From Planctomycetota bacterium (GTDB taxonomy: Bacteria; Planctomycetota; UBA8108; UBA1146; JAJFFE01), in contig JBCCHQ010000015.1 in NCBI GenBank assembly GCA_039028735.1, forward strand, positions 574 to 64,573: a DNA stretch of 64,000 nt. Reading direction: 5' to 3'. The translations under genes and the position numbers were made by a program. Shown here one piece after another: positions 44,747 to 53,815 of this stretch. The notes below the pieces were generated by a model. The model saw only the letters and a list, made by a program, of their open reading frames with translations. It had not been told where the DNA came from and searched no databases. How positions within the stretch are numbered: position 1 is the first letter of the stretch; the number at the start of each line of letters is the position of its first letter.

Positions 44747-45247
44747 TTATTGCCCTCCCGCGGTTCCCGGAGCAGGCTGCGGCGTCGCAGCGTCGCCGTT
44801 CGGCGTCTCGGTCGGCGGCGTACCTGCGGGCGACGTCCCGGCCGGCTGCGTCGTAATCGGCGTCACGTTCACGGGCGGCGTACCTGTGTTGCCAGGCGGA
44901 GTCGTGCCCGGCGGTGTGCCCGGGACGTCTCCCGGCGCCGGCGGCAGCGTTCCCGGGTCGGCCGTACCAACGCTGGCCGAAGGGGCTTCATCGTCTGGCG
45001 CGGCGCTGGTGCCTTCGTCAACCGCTTGCAACACACCAACCAAGACGCACAGCGCAACGAACGAACATGCCAAGATCGTCGTGAACTTGGCCAACTCCTT
45101 CTGCCCTTTGGCGCCGAGCAACTCACCACCACCACCGCCGCCGCCAAAGGCACCGGTCAATCCACCGGCGCTCGAGTCTTGGATCAAGACGATCCCGATC
45201 AGCAGCAGCGCGACGAACGCGAGCAAAATGCAAAGAAAGATGATCAC
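44747..45247 (-). CDS. secG: Preprotein translocase subunit SecG with a Pro/Thr-rich C-terminal extension of about 90 aa
   Basis: LLLIGIVLIQDSSAGGLTGAFGGGG core with two TM helices. It follows tpiA, as in many bacteria. Confidence 0.8.
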   Translation of the reverse strand: MIIFLCILLAFVALLLIGIVLIQDSSAGGLTGAFGGGGGGGELLGAKGQKELAKFTTILACSFVALCVLVGVLQAVDEGTSAAPDDEAPSASVGTADPGTLPPAPGDVPGTPPGTTPPGNTGTPPVNVTPITTQPAGTSPAGTPPTETPNGDAATPQPAPGTAGGQ

Positions 45248-45259
45248 TGGGCTACTCCG

Positions 45260-46048
45260 CTAGTTGTTCAATGCCACATCGAGGATCCCTAGGAACGATT
45301 CGGCGCTCAAACTTGCACCGCCGATCAGGGCGCCATCGATGTCGGGATCCTTCAGGAGTCCCGCGGCGTTTTCTGGTTTCACGCTCCCGCCATACAACAG
45401 CGGGACTTTTTGGCTCCAATTGTCGCCGGCGAATTCCGCCAGCCGGTTTCTCAAGAACCGATGCACCTCGGCCGCTTGTTCAGGAGTCGCATTGCGACCC
45501 GTCCCAATCGCCCAAACCGGTTCGTACGCAATGACCAGCGGCCCTTGCACGACAACGTCGCGCGAGGGCTGCAACCCGGCGTACAGCTGCCGGGCAACGA
45601 CCTCAAAGGTCTCGCCCGCATCGCGCTCCGCGTCCGTTTCCCCGACGCAGAGGATCGGCGTCAGCTCTGCACGCAGCGCTGCTGCCACTTTCTCACCAAC
45701 GCTCGCATCAGTCTCTCCGAACAGCTGACGCCGTTCCGAATGGCCGACGACGACGTACAAAGCACCGAACTCGCGCAGCAGCGCGCCGTTGACAGCACCC
45801 GTGAACGCGCCCCAATCGTTGACGGTCAGATCCTGACCACCCAACGCAACGACGCGATGCGCAACTTCGCTTTGTGCCTCGAGCAAACCGAGGTACGGAT
45901 AGGGAGGACACACGACAACTCGGACTTCTGAAGTTCCAGACACGCCGCGGGCGGATGCTCCAGCACAAACTTCCTGGAACAGTTGTTCACCTTGGGTGCG
46001 CGGGGGATTCAGCTTCCAGTTCCCGGCGATGATCGTCGGTCTGGTCAC
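45260..46048 (-). CDS. tpiA: Triosephosphate isomerase
   Basis: IIAGNWKLN, VVGHSERR, YEPVWAIGTG and GGASL motifs. The start is re-called to the GTG at 46048 (MTRPTIIAGNWK), preceded by GAGGAG. The track's TTG at 46090 is the alternative. Confidence 0.88.
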   Translation of the reverse strand: MTRPTIIAGNWKLNPPRTQGEQLFQEVCAGASARGVSGTSEVRVVVCPPYPYLGLLEAQSEVAHRVVALGGQDLTVNDWGAFTGAVNGALLREFGALYVVVGHSERRQLFGETDASVGEKVAAALRAELTPILCVGETDAERDAGETFEVVARQLYAGLQPSRDVVVQGPLVIAYEPVWAIGTGRNATPEQAAEVHRFLRNRLAEFAGDNWSQKVPLLYGGSVKPENAAGLLKDPDIDGALIGGASLSAESFLGILDVALNN

Positions 46049-46255
46049 GTACTCCTCGGGGGACGCGAGAGAAATGCGAATTTGGTCCAATACGTCAAGT
46101 GACGTTACTATCCACCACCAAACGGCATAGGATAGTTCCTCGACTACATCGGGTCAACAGTGGCCAGGTCTTGATCCGGCGCCCTGCACCGGCTGACCAA
46201 AACGTCATAAGTAACTACAAAAATGCGCTTTACAGCGCTCCGCTAGGAGTTTCCC

Positions 46256-47041
46256 ATGTTCCGCCTCGGTGGAAAGCTCGTGATCGGGGTCGTTCATCTG
46301 CTCCCCCTGCCCGGAAGCCCGGCCTACGGCGGCAATCGGCAGGCAATCCGGACCGCGGCTCGCCGCGACGCCACGGCGTACCTCGAAGGGGGCTGCCACG
46401 GCATCATCGTCGAGAACCACGGCGACGGTCCGTTCTTCAAGAACGACGTCGGCCCAGCCGTCGTTGCAGAGATGACGCATGCAGCAGCGGCAGTCGTGTC
46501 ACTTCTCGATGACCGCCATTGCCTCGGCATCAATGTGCTCCGCAACGACGCGTCCGCTGCGTTGTCGATCGCGGCGGCGGTCGGGGCTCACTTCATCCGA
46601 GTCAACGTGCACACCGGTTCGATGTACACCGACCAAGGCTTGATCGAGGGGCGCGCCGCAGAGACGCTGCGACTCCGCAGGGCGCTGGAAACCGATGTGG
46701 CGATCTTCGCCGACATCGCCGTCAAACACGCGATCCCACCGGCCGGTTTCGACCGTGCGCGCGCGGCTCGCGATTGCGTCGGACGTGGCGGCGCCGATGG
46801 CTTGATCGTAACGGGCGCAGCTACCGGCGCCCCCACTTCCGAGGGAGAGATCCTCGAAGTGAAAAGCGCGGCCCCAAAACATCCAATCCTCGTGGGAAGT
46901 GGCGTTACCGCTGCTACCGTCGGTCCGCTGCTGGGGATCGCGGACGGCGTCATCGTCGGAACGTCGCTGAAAGAAGGCGGTGACGTACACAACCCCGTCG
47001 ATGCCAAGCGGGTCGCTGAATTCGTCCGCAACGCAACGTAG
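46256..47041 (+). CDS. BtpA/SgcQ-family TIM-barrel protein
   Basis: VIGVVHLLPLPGSP..., GIIVENHGD and INVLRND segments match the BtpA family. Confidence 0.75.
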   Translation: MFRLGGKLVIGVVHLLPLPGSPAYGGNRQAIRTAARRDATAYLEGGCHGIIVENHGDGPFFKNDVGPAVVAEMTHAAAAVVSLLDDRHCLGINVLRNDASAALSIAAAVGAHFIRVNVHTGSMYTDQGLIEGRAAETLRLRRALETDVAIFADIAVKHAIPPAGFDRARAARDCVGRGGADGLIVTGAATGAPTSEGEILEVKSAAPKHPILVGSGVTAATVGPLLGIADGVIVGTSLKEGGDVHNPVDAKRVAEFVRNAT

Positions 47042-47046
47042 CTCGT

Positions 47047-47448
47047 CTACAGAATGCTGCCGTCGAAGGCGCCCGGCAACAGCTCACCGATCGTCGTTCG
47101 CGTAAACTCTCCATCGGCTGCGGCGAGGAGCACCGGCAACGCGCCGTCTGTCGAGAATTCGCTGAGCACTTGCCTGCAAGCTCCGCAGCAAGAAGCCCCG
47201 GTCTCCGTCGCGACGGCAATCGCAAGAAACTGCTGGTGCCCTTCCGACACCGCCTTGAACACGGCGGTTCGTTCGGCGCAGCAAGTCAGACCGTAGCTCG
47301 CGTTCTCGACGTTGCACCCGGTGAAAACGGTGCCGTCGACGCAGAGCAACGCAGCACCAACCAAGTAGTTCGAATACGGAGCGTAGGCTCGGTCACGCGC
47401 CGCCAGTGCGGAGGCAACTAAGCTCTCTTCGTTGACGGCCAACGTCAC
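47047..47448 (-). CDS. cdd: Cytidine deaminase
   Basis: Zinc motifs CAERTA and CGACRQ. Homotetrameric type, 133 aa. Confidence 0.88.
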   Translation of the reverse strand: MTLAVNEESLVASALAARDRAYAPYSNYLVGAALLCVDGTVFTGCNVENASYGLTCCAERTAVFKAVSEGHQQFLAIAVATETGASCCGACRQVLSEFSTDGALPVLLAAADGEFTRTTIGELLPGAFDGSIL

Positions 47449-47572
47449 TTCCTTCCACCGGAGGTTCGCAACTGCTACTGGTTGATGACGGTTGTCACAA
47501 CATGCCTACGAAGCTGCATAGTAACTCGGAGCGCAGAGCCCTGCACGCTGGAACCATCACGGCGACGCAGCG

Positions 47573-48244
47573 TTACCAGTCAAGGTGGACGCTGACCTCA
47601 CGACCGCCCGGCCCGCCGCGGAAGCTCTGCATCGGGAACCGGGACTCTTCGTTCTTTGCGAGTGGACGAATGCTGAAGTCGAGACCCGGCGGCACACCGG
47701 AGAAGCTGGCAGTTCCATCGGGGGCGATCCGGCTGACGTAGGCTGCGGAAACAACGCCGAAGCGCCACGTTTCACTGCCCTCGAGCGGCACCAACAGCAA
47801 GCCCAGCATCGGCTTCGCGGAACTCGGAACGTGTACCGTCACGCGGCAGCCCTTCCGCACCGGCAGCGGCACCCGCACCGCCGCGTCCTCGACGACGAAG
47901 CTCGCTTCGCCATAGAGATTCGGACCACCCCGATCGTCCGGGACGGCGAAGGCTGCGTAACGACCCGGCGGCAACAGCGTGCGCGCCACTCTGCGCCGCA
48001 TCGATACCCTCTGCGCTGAATCGAGCTTCTTCACGAAGTAGCGCAACGGCACCACATCGCTGCCGCGGTCGAAGGCTGGTTCGAATTCGACCCAGACTTC
48101 GTTGCCAGTCGAGGTACCGGGTTGGCCGCTCCACGACTCAGGCTGCGCTTCCTCTGGCCTTGCAAACATGAAGACTGCCAGATAGCCAACCGCTCCGACG
48201 AGAACGATCACCGAGAGAACGCCGAGCACAGTCGCTGGTTTCAT
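47573..48244 (-). CDS. Membrane-anchored hypothetical protein directly downstream of the ligD-like gene
   Basis: N-terminal TM segment ATVLGVLSVIVLVGAVGYLAVFMF. The rest is beta-rich, and I recognised no motifs. It lies 10 bp after the ligD-like stop. Confidence 0.5.
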   Translation of the reverse strand: MKPATVLGVLSVIVLVGAVGYLAVFMFARPEEAQPESWSGQPGTSTGNEVWVEFEPAFDRGSDVVPLRYFVKKLDSAQRVSMRRRVARTLLPPGRYAAFAVPDDRGGPNLYGEASFVVEDAAVRVPLPVRKGCRVTVHVPSSAKPMLGLLLVPLEGSETWRFGVVSAAYVSRIAPDGTASFSGVPPGLDFSIRPLAKNEESRFPMQSFRGGPGGREVSVHLDW

Positions 48245-48254
48245 CGATCCCGAC

Positions 48255-50339
48255 CTACAATCCCATGTATTCGCGTTGGAAGATCTCGATCGCGGGGATC
48301 AAGTCTTGCGGCTCCGTCAGGGTCCCCCGAAACAGATCGCCCAACTGCGCGACTCGCTCGGGAACGTTCGATATGTTGAAGTCTGCTGGATCCAACGAAG
48401 GAGTCAGCTCGTCCCAGTCGAGGGGTGTCGATACCGAGGCGGCCGGCGTCGGACGGACGACATAGGGGGGCACGACCGTCTGCCCCTTGTGATTCTGCAT
48501 GAAGTCGATATAGACGCGGCCACCCCGCTGTGACACGGACCGTTCGACCGTGGCGATATCTGGATGCTCGCGGCAGACGTAGCGGGCGATCCCCTCGCCG
48601 AACATGCGTCCTTGTTCGTACGTGTAGTGTGGTATCAACGGAATCACGATGTGCAGCCCGCTCTTGCCAGATGTCTTCAACCACGCCTGCAGCCCGATCC
48701 CCCGCAGCAGCTTGCCGATCGCTCGCGCAACACGAACGACTTGCGGAAACGGCGAACCGTCCGGATCGAGATCCAACACGTGCCAGTCAGGGGTATCGAG
48801 CGAGCCGAGCTGCGACATCCACGGGTGGATGTCGATGCTGCCGAGGTTGGCGAGGTACAACAGCGTGTCACGGTCGTTACAGATCACGTACCGCGTATCG
48901 CCCATGGTTTCGGTCAGAACCCAGTCGGGTGTGTGGTCCGGCGCGTTGTGATTGTAGAACGACTTGCCATCGATGCCGTCGGGAAAGCGAAACATGTGCA
49001 ACGGCCGGTTGTGCATGTACGGCAGTGCGACCTCGGCGATCGCTGCGTAGTAGTCGATCAGGTCCCCCTTGGTGTAACCCAAGTCGGGGAAGTAGACCTT
49101 CTCCCGATTCGTGAACTTGACCTTGGTCTTGCGGGCGCTCGGCGCCGACGCCGAGATCTTCTCGAGGACGTCGCCATCTGCCCCACTGTCGTGCCCGGCC
49201 GCGATGCGGCGCCACCTCGGCGACTTGCCGGCACGGTAGGGACTGCTGCCATCCTTTGCGATAACCCCCGGCAGCCCGGCCCCGACCACCACCTCCGCCA
49301 ACTGCTCCCCTTCGCCAACGACGTGATCGACGTACAGCAAGTGCGGGCTCTCTGGAATCAACGTCGCCAGCAACGTCTTACGATCGCGCAGCGGTAGCTT
49401 CGCGAGGCGCCACTCATCGTAGTAGAGGACGTCAAACGCATAGTAATGCAGAGGGCGTTCGTTGTGACCCGCAAGGCGTTCCGCAGCCAGCTCAGCGCTC
49501 GGTCGGCCGTTGTCATCGAGCACGACCAAGACCCCATCGAGAACGACATCTTCCCCTCGCAACCGCAGTAGCTCGGCCTCGAGCGATTCGGCAGCGGGCA
49601 CCGGCAGCTTCTTCTTGCCGACTCGGTACGTGATCTTCTCCGCGTCGCGGATAGCGAACGCCCGACACCCGGCGAACTCCATCTCGAACAGCCAGTCGGG
49701 GTCGGAGAACGCTGCAACCTCGGCGCTCGCCCGCATCGGCAATCCGGCCGCTGGCGGCGCGGCCGCTTCCGCCGCCGCGAGATCGAGTGCAAACGGGTAC
49801 GGCGGGTCGTCTTCGCCTCGGGCATAGACGTCACTTCGCCCCTTGAACAGCAGCCAACCGTTCTCTTCCTTCGTCGTCTTGACCATGTGCCATTCGCCCC
49901 GCAGGCGCTGCCCAAACAGCACGACCTCGAGCTTGCCGCCCTCGAGACCGGCCTCGCCATCGGCGTTGACGAGCTCGTAGCGCCCCGCATCCCAGATCTC
50001 CATCGTGCCAGCGCCGTACTGCCCCTTCGGGATCACTCCCGAGAACGTCTCGTACAGGAGTGGATGATCCTCGGTGCGCATCGCGAGGCGCTTCTCTTTC
50101 GGGTTGTACGAGAAGCCGCGCGGCACTGCCCACGACTTCAGCGTCCCCTGCATCCGCAGGCGCAAGTCGTAGTGAAGATGCGTCGCTTCGTGGCGATGGA
50201 TCACGAAGGTGTGCGCATTCGGGTCCCCCGCGTCGCCGTCCCCAGTCGGTTCGGTCGTCTGCGAGAAGTCGCGTTTCTTGTGGTACTCGTCGAGGCTCTT
50301 CTTCGGCATTCGCTCGCTTTGAGGCTGTTGTGTTGGCAC
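48255..50339 (-). CDS. ligD: LigD-like NHEJ protein: 3'-phosphoesterase domain, degenerate ligase nucleotidyltransferase-like domain, and polymerase/primase domain
   Basis: PE domain: FVIHRHEATHLHYDLRL..SWAVPRG. Pol domain: KVYFPDLGYTKGDLIDYY, LDLDP, KTSGKSGLH, YVVRP. In the middle domain the ligase motifs are mutated (see findings). Confidence 0.85.
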   Translation of the reverse strand: MPTQQPQSERMPKKSLDEYHKKRDFSQTTEPTGDGDAGDPNAHTFVIHRHEATHLHYDLRLRMQGTLKSWAVPRGFSYNPKEKRLAMRTEDHPLLYETFSGVIPKGQYGAGTMEIWDAGRYELVNADGEAGLEGGKLEVVLFGQRLRGEWHMVKTTKEENGWLLFKGRSDVYARGEDDPPYPFALDLAAAEAAAPPAAGLPMRASAEVAAFSDPDWLFEMEFAGCRAFAIRDAEKITYRVGKKKLPVPAAESLEAELLRLRGEDVVLDGVLVVLDDNGRPSAELAAERLAGHNERPLHYYAFDVLYYDEWRLAKLPLRDRKTLLATLIPESPHLLYVDHVVGEGEQLAEVVVGAGLPGVIAKDGSSPYRAGKSPRWRRIAAGHDSGADGDVLEKISASAPSARKTKVKFTNREKVYFPDLGYTKGDLIDYYAAIAEVALPYMHNRPLHMFRFPDGIDGKSFYNHNAPDHTPDWVLTETMGDTRYVICNDRDTLLYLANLGSIDIHPWMSQLGSLDTPDWHVLDLDPDGSPFPQVVRVARAIGKLLRGIGLQAWLKTSGKSGLHIVIPLIPHYTYEQGRMFGEGIARYVCREHPDIATVERSVSQRGGRVYIDFMQNHKGQTVVPPYVVRPTPAASVSTPLDWDELTPSLDPADFNISNVPERVAQLGDLFRGTLTEPQDLIPAIEIFQREYMGL

Positions 50340-50578
50340 GAGGCAACGAGCACGGGGCGCGAGCGCCGTGGCCGAACCCCAGGTCTCGGTTCTTTACGTT
50401 GTGCTGTTACACGTTACCAGAGCGTCACTTACAGAGGAACTAGCCACTCCAAAGTCGGCATCGTGGCGTGATTTCCCCTTGCGCCGCCGCGGGTCTCAGA
50501 CGATATAGTCATGGGTTCAAATGCCGTAGTCCGCCGCAATTACGACTCCGGCTGCAATGACATTGGAAGGCTCATAAC

Positions 50579-51487
50579 ATGGCGCCTCGCTCGAGCTGGA
50601 AGGGCTTCCTGAAGCTCAGCCTCGTCTCTGTCCCCGTCAAGGCCTACACGGCCAATGCGACCGGGGCCGACATCCGGCTAAATCAGCTACACGAAGAGTG
50701 CAACAGCCGCATTCAGTACAAGAAGCGTTGCCCGATCCACGGTGAAGTTGCCAACGACGAGATTGTCAGCGGCTACGAGTACGCCAAGGGCAACTACGTC
50801 GTCGTCGATCCTGGCGAGCTCGACAAGCTCCGCACCGAGAACGACAAGTCGGTCAACATCGACGGCTTCATCGCCCCCGACGAAATCGACCCGGCGTACT
50901 TCTCTGGTCGTACCTACTACCTGATCCCCGACGGCCCGGTCGGGCAGAAGCCGTACAGCCTGATGCGGCAGGTAATGTATGACGAGAACCTCTACGCCAT
51001 CTCGCGAACCGTAATCGCCGGCAAAGAGCAGCTGGTCCTCGTGCGCCCCGTCGGGAAGTGCTTGGCCATGTCTGTGATCAGCTACGACAGCAAGGTCAAG
51101 AACGTGACCGCGTTCGAGGACGAGATCGAAGACCAAGACCTTCCCGCGGCCGAATTGAAGCTGACGAAGACGTTGGTCGATGCGACCCTGGTCGAGAACT
51201 TCGACCTCGGCAAGTACGAAGACCAGTACACGCAGAAGTTAACCCAGCTGATCGAGGCCAAAGTCGCCGGTCAAGAGATCGTCGCCGCTCCCGACCCGGA
51301 GGAGCCCAAGATCGTGAACCTGATGGACGCGCTGAAGCAGAGCGTGGCCAACGCCCAAGTCGAGTCGAAGTCCGGCAAGACAGCGAAGAAGGCCACTAAG
51401 AAGAAGGCGTCGAAGAAGAAGATCTCCAAGAAGCTGTCCCCCAGCGAGAAGCCGAAGAAGACTACTCGTGCCAAGAAGAGCGGCTAG
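50579..51487 (+). CDS. ku: Ku DNA end-binding protein with a Lys-rich C-terminal tail
   Basis: SWKGFLKLSLVSVPVKAYTA... is the classical bacterial Ku N-terminus. The tail is KSGKTAKKATKKKASKKKISKK. Confidence 0.92.
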   Translation: MAPRSSWKGFLKLSLVSVPVKAYTANATGADIRLNQLHEECNSRIQYKKRCPIHGEVANDEIVSGYEYAKGNYVVVDPGELDKLRTENDKSVNIDGFIAPDEIDPAYFSGRTYYLIPDGPVGQKPYSLMRQVMYDENLYAISRTVIAGKEQLVLVRPVGKCLAMSVISYDSKVKNVTAFEDEIEDQDLPAAELKLTKTLVDATLVENFDLGKYEDQYTQKLTQLIEAKVAGQEIVAAPDPEEPKIVNLMDALKQSVANAQVESKSGKTAKKATKKKASKKKISKKLSPSEKPKKTTRAKKSG

Positions 51488-51553
51488 CAGCGCTCGCGCG
51501 CTTGTAGCGGTACGGGGCCTCCTCACCAAGGAGCCTCGTCACCAAGGAGCCCC

Positions 51554-52474
51554 GTGACCGCGAAAGCGCCCCTTCCCGCGACCGTAAAGCCCATGCTGGC
51601 GAAGCTTCGCAAAGACCCGTTCACGTCCGATGAGCATGTGTTCGAGATCAAGTGGGACGGGATGCGAACACTGGCCTTCGTCGACGACGGCGGCTACCGG
51701 ATCCACAACCGCCGCCTCACTTCACACGGCGCCCGCTACCCCGAACTCGAGTTCCTCGCAGCGCTGCCGACCGGTACCGTCGTCGATGGCGAATTGGTCG
51801 TCCTGGAGGACGGGAAGCCCAACTTCAGCCGCATGATGGGGCGTGAACACGCACGCGATCCACTGAAGATCCGGGCCTTGGCGGCGACGACTCCGTGCAC
51901 CTACGTCGTCTTCGACCTCCTCTATCGCAACTACGAACCGCTGCTGAAACAGCCGCTCATCGAGCGCCGCGCGCGGCTGCAAGAGTTGATCGAGCCGCAT
52001 CAGTCGGGGTTCCTCATGCTGTCCGACGGGATCGTCGGCGACGGCACCACCTTCTACGAGCATGCTTGCGCGCAGGAACTCGAGGGGATCGTCGCCAAGA
52101 AGCTCAATAGCCGCTACCGCCCCGGTCACCGCGGCGATTCGTGGCAGAAGATCAAGCGCTGCCAAGAGCTCCAATGCGTGATCATCGGCTACCAAGTCGG
52201 CGAGGGAGAGGTGCGCAGCCTCGTCATCGCCGCCCCCGACGATGACGGCCAGCTGCGTTGCGTGGGCAAGGTCGGGAGCGGTCTCGATGGCGAGATCCGG
52301 GCACAACTCACGCCGGCGCTGGCCGACCTGCACCGCGATGAACCGCTGGTTCCAAACGCCCACGACGCCCAGTGGATCGACCCGGGGCTGTACTGCATCG
52401 TGCATTTCCTCGAGCACACGACGGGCGGCGATCTTCGCGCACCGGTCTTCAAAGAGCTGATCATCGACTCGTAG
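51554..52474 (+). CDS. ATP-dependent DNA ligase (stand-alone LigD-type ligase domain, NTase + OB)
   Basis: GTG start. Intact motifs: I EIKWDGMR, III VDGELVVL, IIIa YVVFDLLY, IV LEGIVAKK, V WQKIKR. Confidence 0.9.
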   Translation: MTAKAPLPATVKPMLAKLRKDPFTSDEHVFEIKWDGMRTLAFVDDGGYRIHNRRLTSHGARYPELEFLAALPTGTVVDGELVVLEDGKPNFSRMMGREHARDPLKIRALAATTPCTYVVFDLLYRNYEPLLKQPLIERRARLQELIEPHQSGFLMLSDGIVGDGTTFYEHACAQELEGIVAKKLNSRYRPGHRGDSWQKIKRCQELQCVIIGYQVGEGEVRSLVIAAPDDDGQLRCVGKVGSGLDGEIRAQLTPALADLHRDEPLVPNAHDAQWIDPGLYCIVHFLEHTTGGDLRAPVFKELIIDS

Positions 52475-52613
52475 TGAGGCGATCGATCCCCCCGAATACA
52501 GCGTAGCGGGGTTGCAGCCCCACACCATTCGCCCGTAAGCTTGGTTCCACAGCTCTCGAAACGCCGCGAGATCTGGGCATGGAATACAGCATCGTGGATG
52601 CTAGGGGATCAAC

Positions 52614-53801
52614 GTGATCGCGCTCAAAGGAATAGAGGTCGCCATCTCGGGGCGCCTCGCCAGCATGACCCACGGAGCGGCGGCAGCGCTCATCGCAAAG
52701 TCCGGTGGGCAGTACGTCGCGCAACCTTCAGCCCATACGTCGTACGTCGTCTTGGGGCAAGAGGGCGCGTCGCAAACAGACCCCACGCAACCTACACGGG
52801 TCGTGCAGCGAGCCCGGGAACTGCAGCGCGATGGTGTCGAGCTCGAGATACTGACCGAACGCGAGTTCCTGCGGAAGCTCGTGACCAGCGACGATCCCGA
52901 CGAAGTGCAAACGCTGTACACGATCCCCGAACTCAGTCGCTTGCTGGGCGTTTCGGGCCATCGAATCCGCACCTGGATCCGGCGCGGCCTACTTTCGCCA
53001 ACGGAGAATCGCGGAGGAATCGACTACTTCGACTTCGAGCAAGTCGCCATCGGCCGCATGCTGCAGGGGCTCGTCCGCTCTGGTGCACGCCCCGAAGAGC
53101 TGCAGCGTCGCTTGGGACGACTGCAGCAGTGGTTGACTGCCGACGCCGAGACCGAAGCCGGAGACTCGATCGTCACCGACGACAGCGGCGCACTGCGGGT
53201 TCGATTGGAAGACGGTAGCGTCGCCGACGATGAAGGCCAGCTGCAGTTCGACTTCGCGCCGCGCAAGAGCGCTCGGATCACGCAGGTGCAGCCACATGCA
53301 CCCGCGCACCGCCAGATGCACCCGTTCCATGCCGCAGGGTGCTCGGACGAACCGTGGTTCACGACCGGATCATCGTACGAGGAGCGGGGTGCGCTCGAAG
53401 AAGCAGAGCGCGCCTATCGGCGCGCGTTGGAGACCGAAGGGCCACGCCCCGAAATCCTCTTCAATCTCGGCAACGTGCTCTACAACCTCGACCGCACCGC
53501 TGACGCCGCGCAGTGCTTCCTGAGTGCCGTGGAACTCGACGCTGGCTACGTCGACGCCTGGGGCAATCTCGGCATCGCGCTGACGGATCTTGGCCAAGGT
53601 CCCGAGGCGTTGGCAGCGTACCACGAAGCACTGACCCTGAATCCCGATCACGCCGACACGCACTACAACCTGGCCGAAACGCTGTACCAGATGGGACGCA
53701 TTCGTCAGGCCCGAGAACACTGGCGTATCTACCTGCAGAAGGACCCGCAAAGCCCGTGGGCCAACCACGTGCGGCATCGCCTGCTGCAAGAAAAAGGGTA
53801 G
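52614..53801 (+). CDS. BRCT domain, MerR-type HTH and TPR protein
   Basis: BRCT-like: LKGIEVAISGRLASMTHGAAAALIAKSGGQYVAQPSAHTSYVVLGQEG...EILTEREFLRKL. MerR HTH: LYTIPELSRLLGVSGHRIRTWIRRGLL. Three or four TPR units at the C-terminus. Confidence 0.7.
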   Translation: MIALKGIEVAISGRLASMTHGAAAALIAKSGGQYVAQPSAHTSYVVLGQEGASQTDPTQPTRVVQRARELQRDGVELEILTEREFLRKLVTSDDPDEVQTLYTIPELSRLLGVSGHRIRTWIRRGLLSPTENRGGIDYFDFEQVAIGRMLQGLVRSGARPEELQRRLGRLQQWLTADAETEAGDSIVTDDSGALRVRLEDGSVADDEGQLQFDFAPRKSARITQVQPHAPAHRQMHPFHAAGCSDEPWFTTGSSYEERGALEEAERAYRRALETEGPRPEILFNLGNVLYNLDRTADAAQCFLSAVELDAGYVDAWGNLGIALTDLGQGPEALAAYHEALTLNPDHADTHYNLAETLYQMGRIRQAREHWRIYLQKDPQSPWANHVRHRLLQEKG

Positions 53802-53815
53802 ATCACGGTGGTTGG

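Noticed and set aside
44743-46090. tpiA, secG and yicC share one reading frame with very short gaps, suggesting readthrough fusions
   Set aside because: The stops are TAG and TAA with no conserved context. Each downstream gene has a normal N-terminus, and the products are independent, well-known proteins. Frame identity here is consistent with 1-in-3 chance.
50404-50420. SOS-box-like CTGT-N8-ACCAG in the ligD/ku divergent promoter region
   Set aside because: The second half-site is imperfect (ACCA instead of ACAG), and the LexA motif of this lineage is unknown. The evidence is too weak to call.
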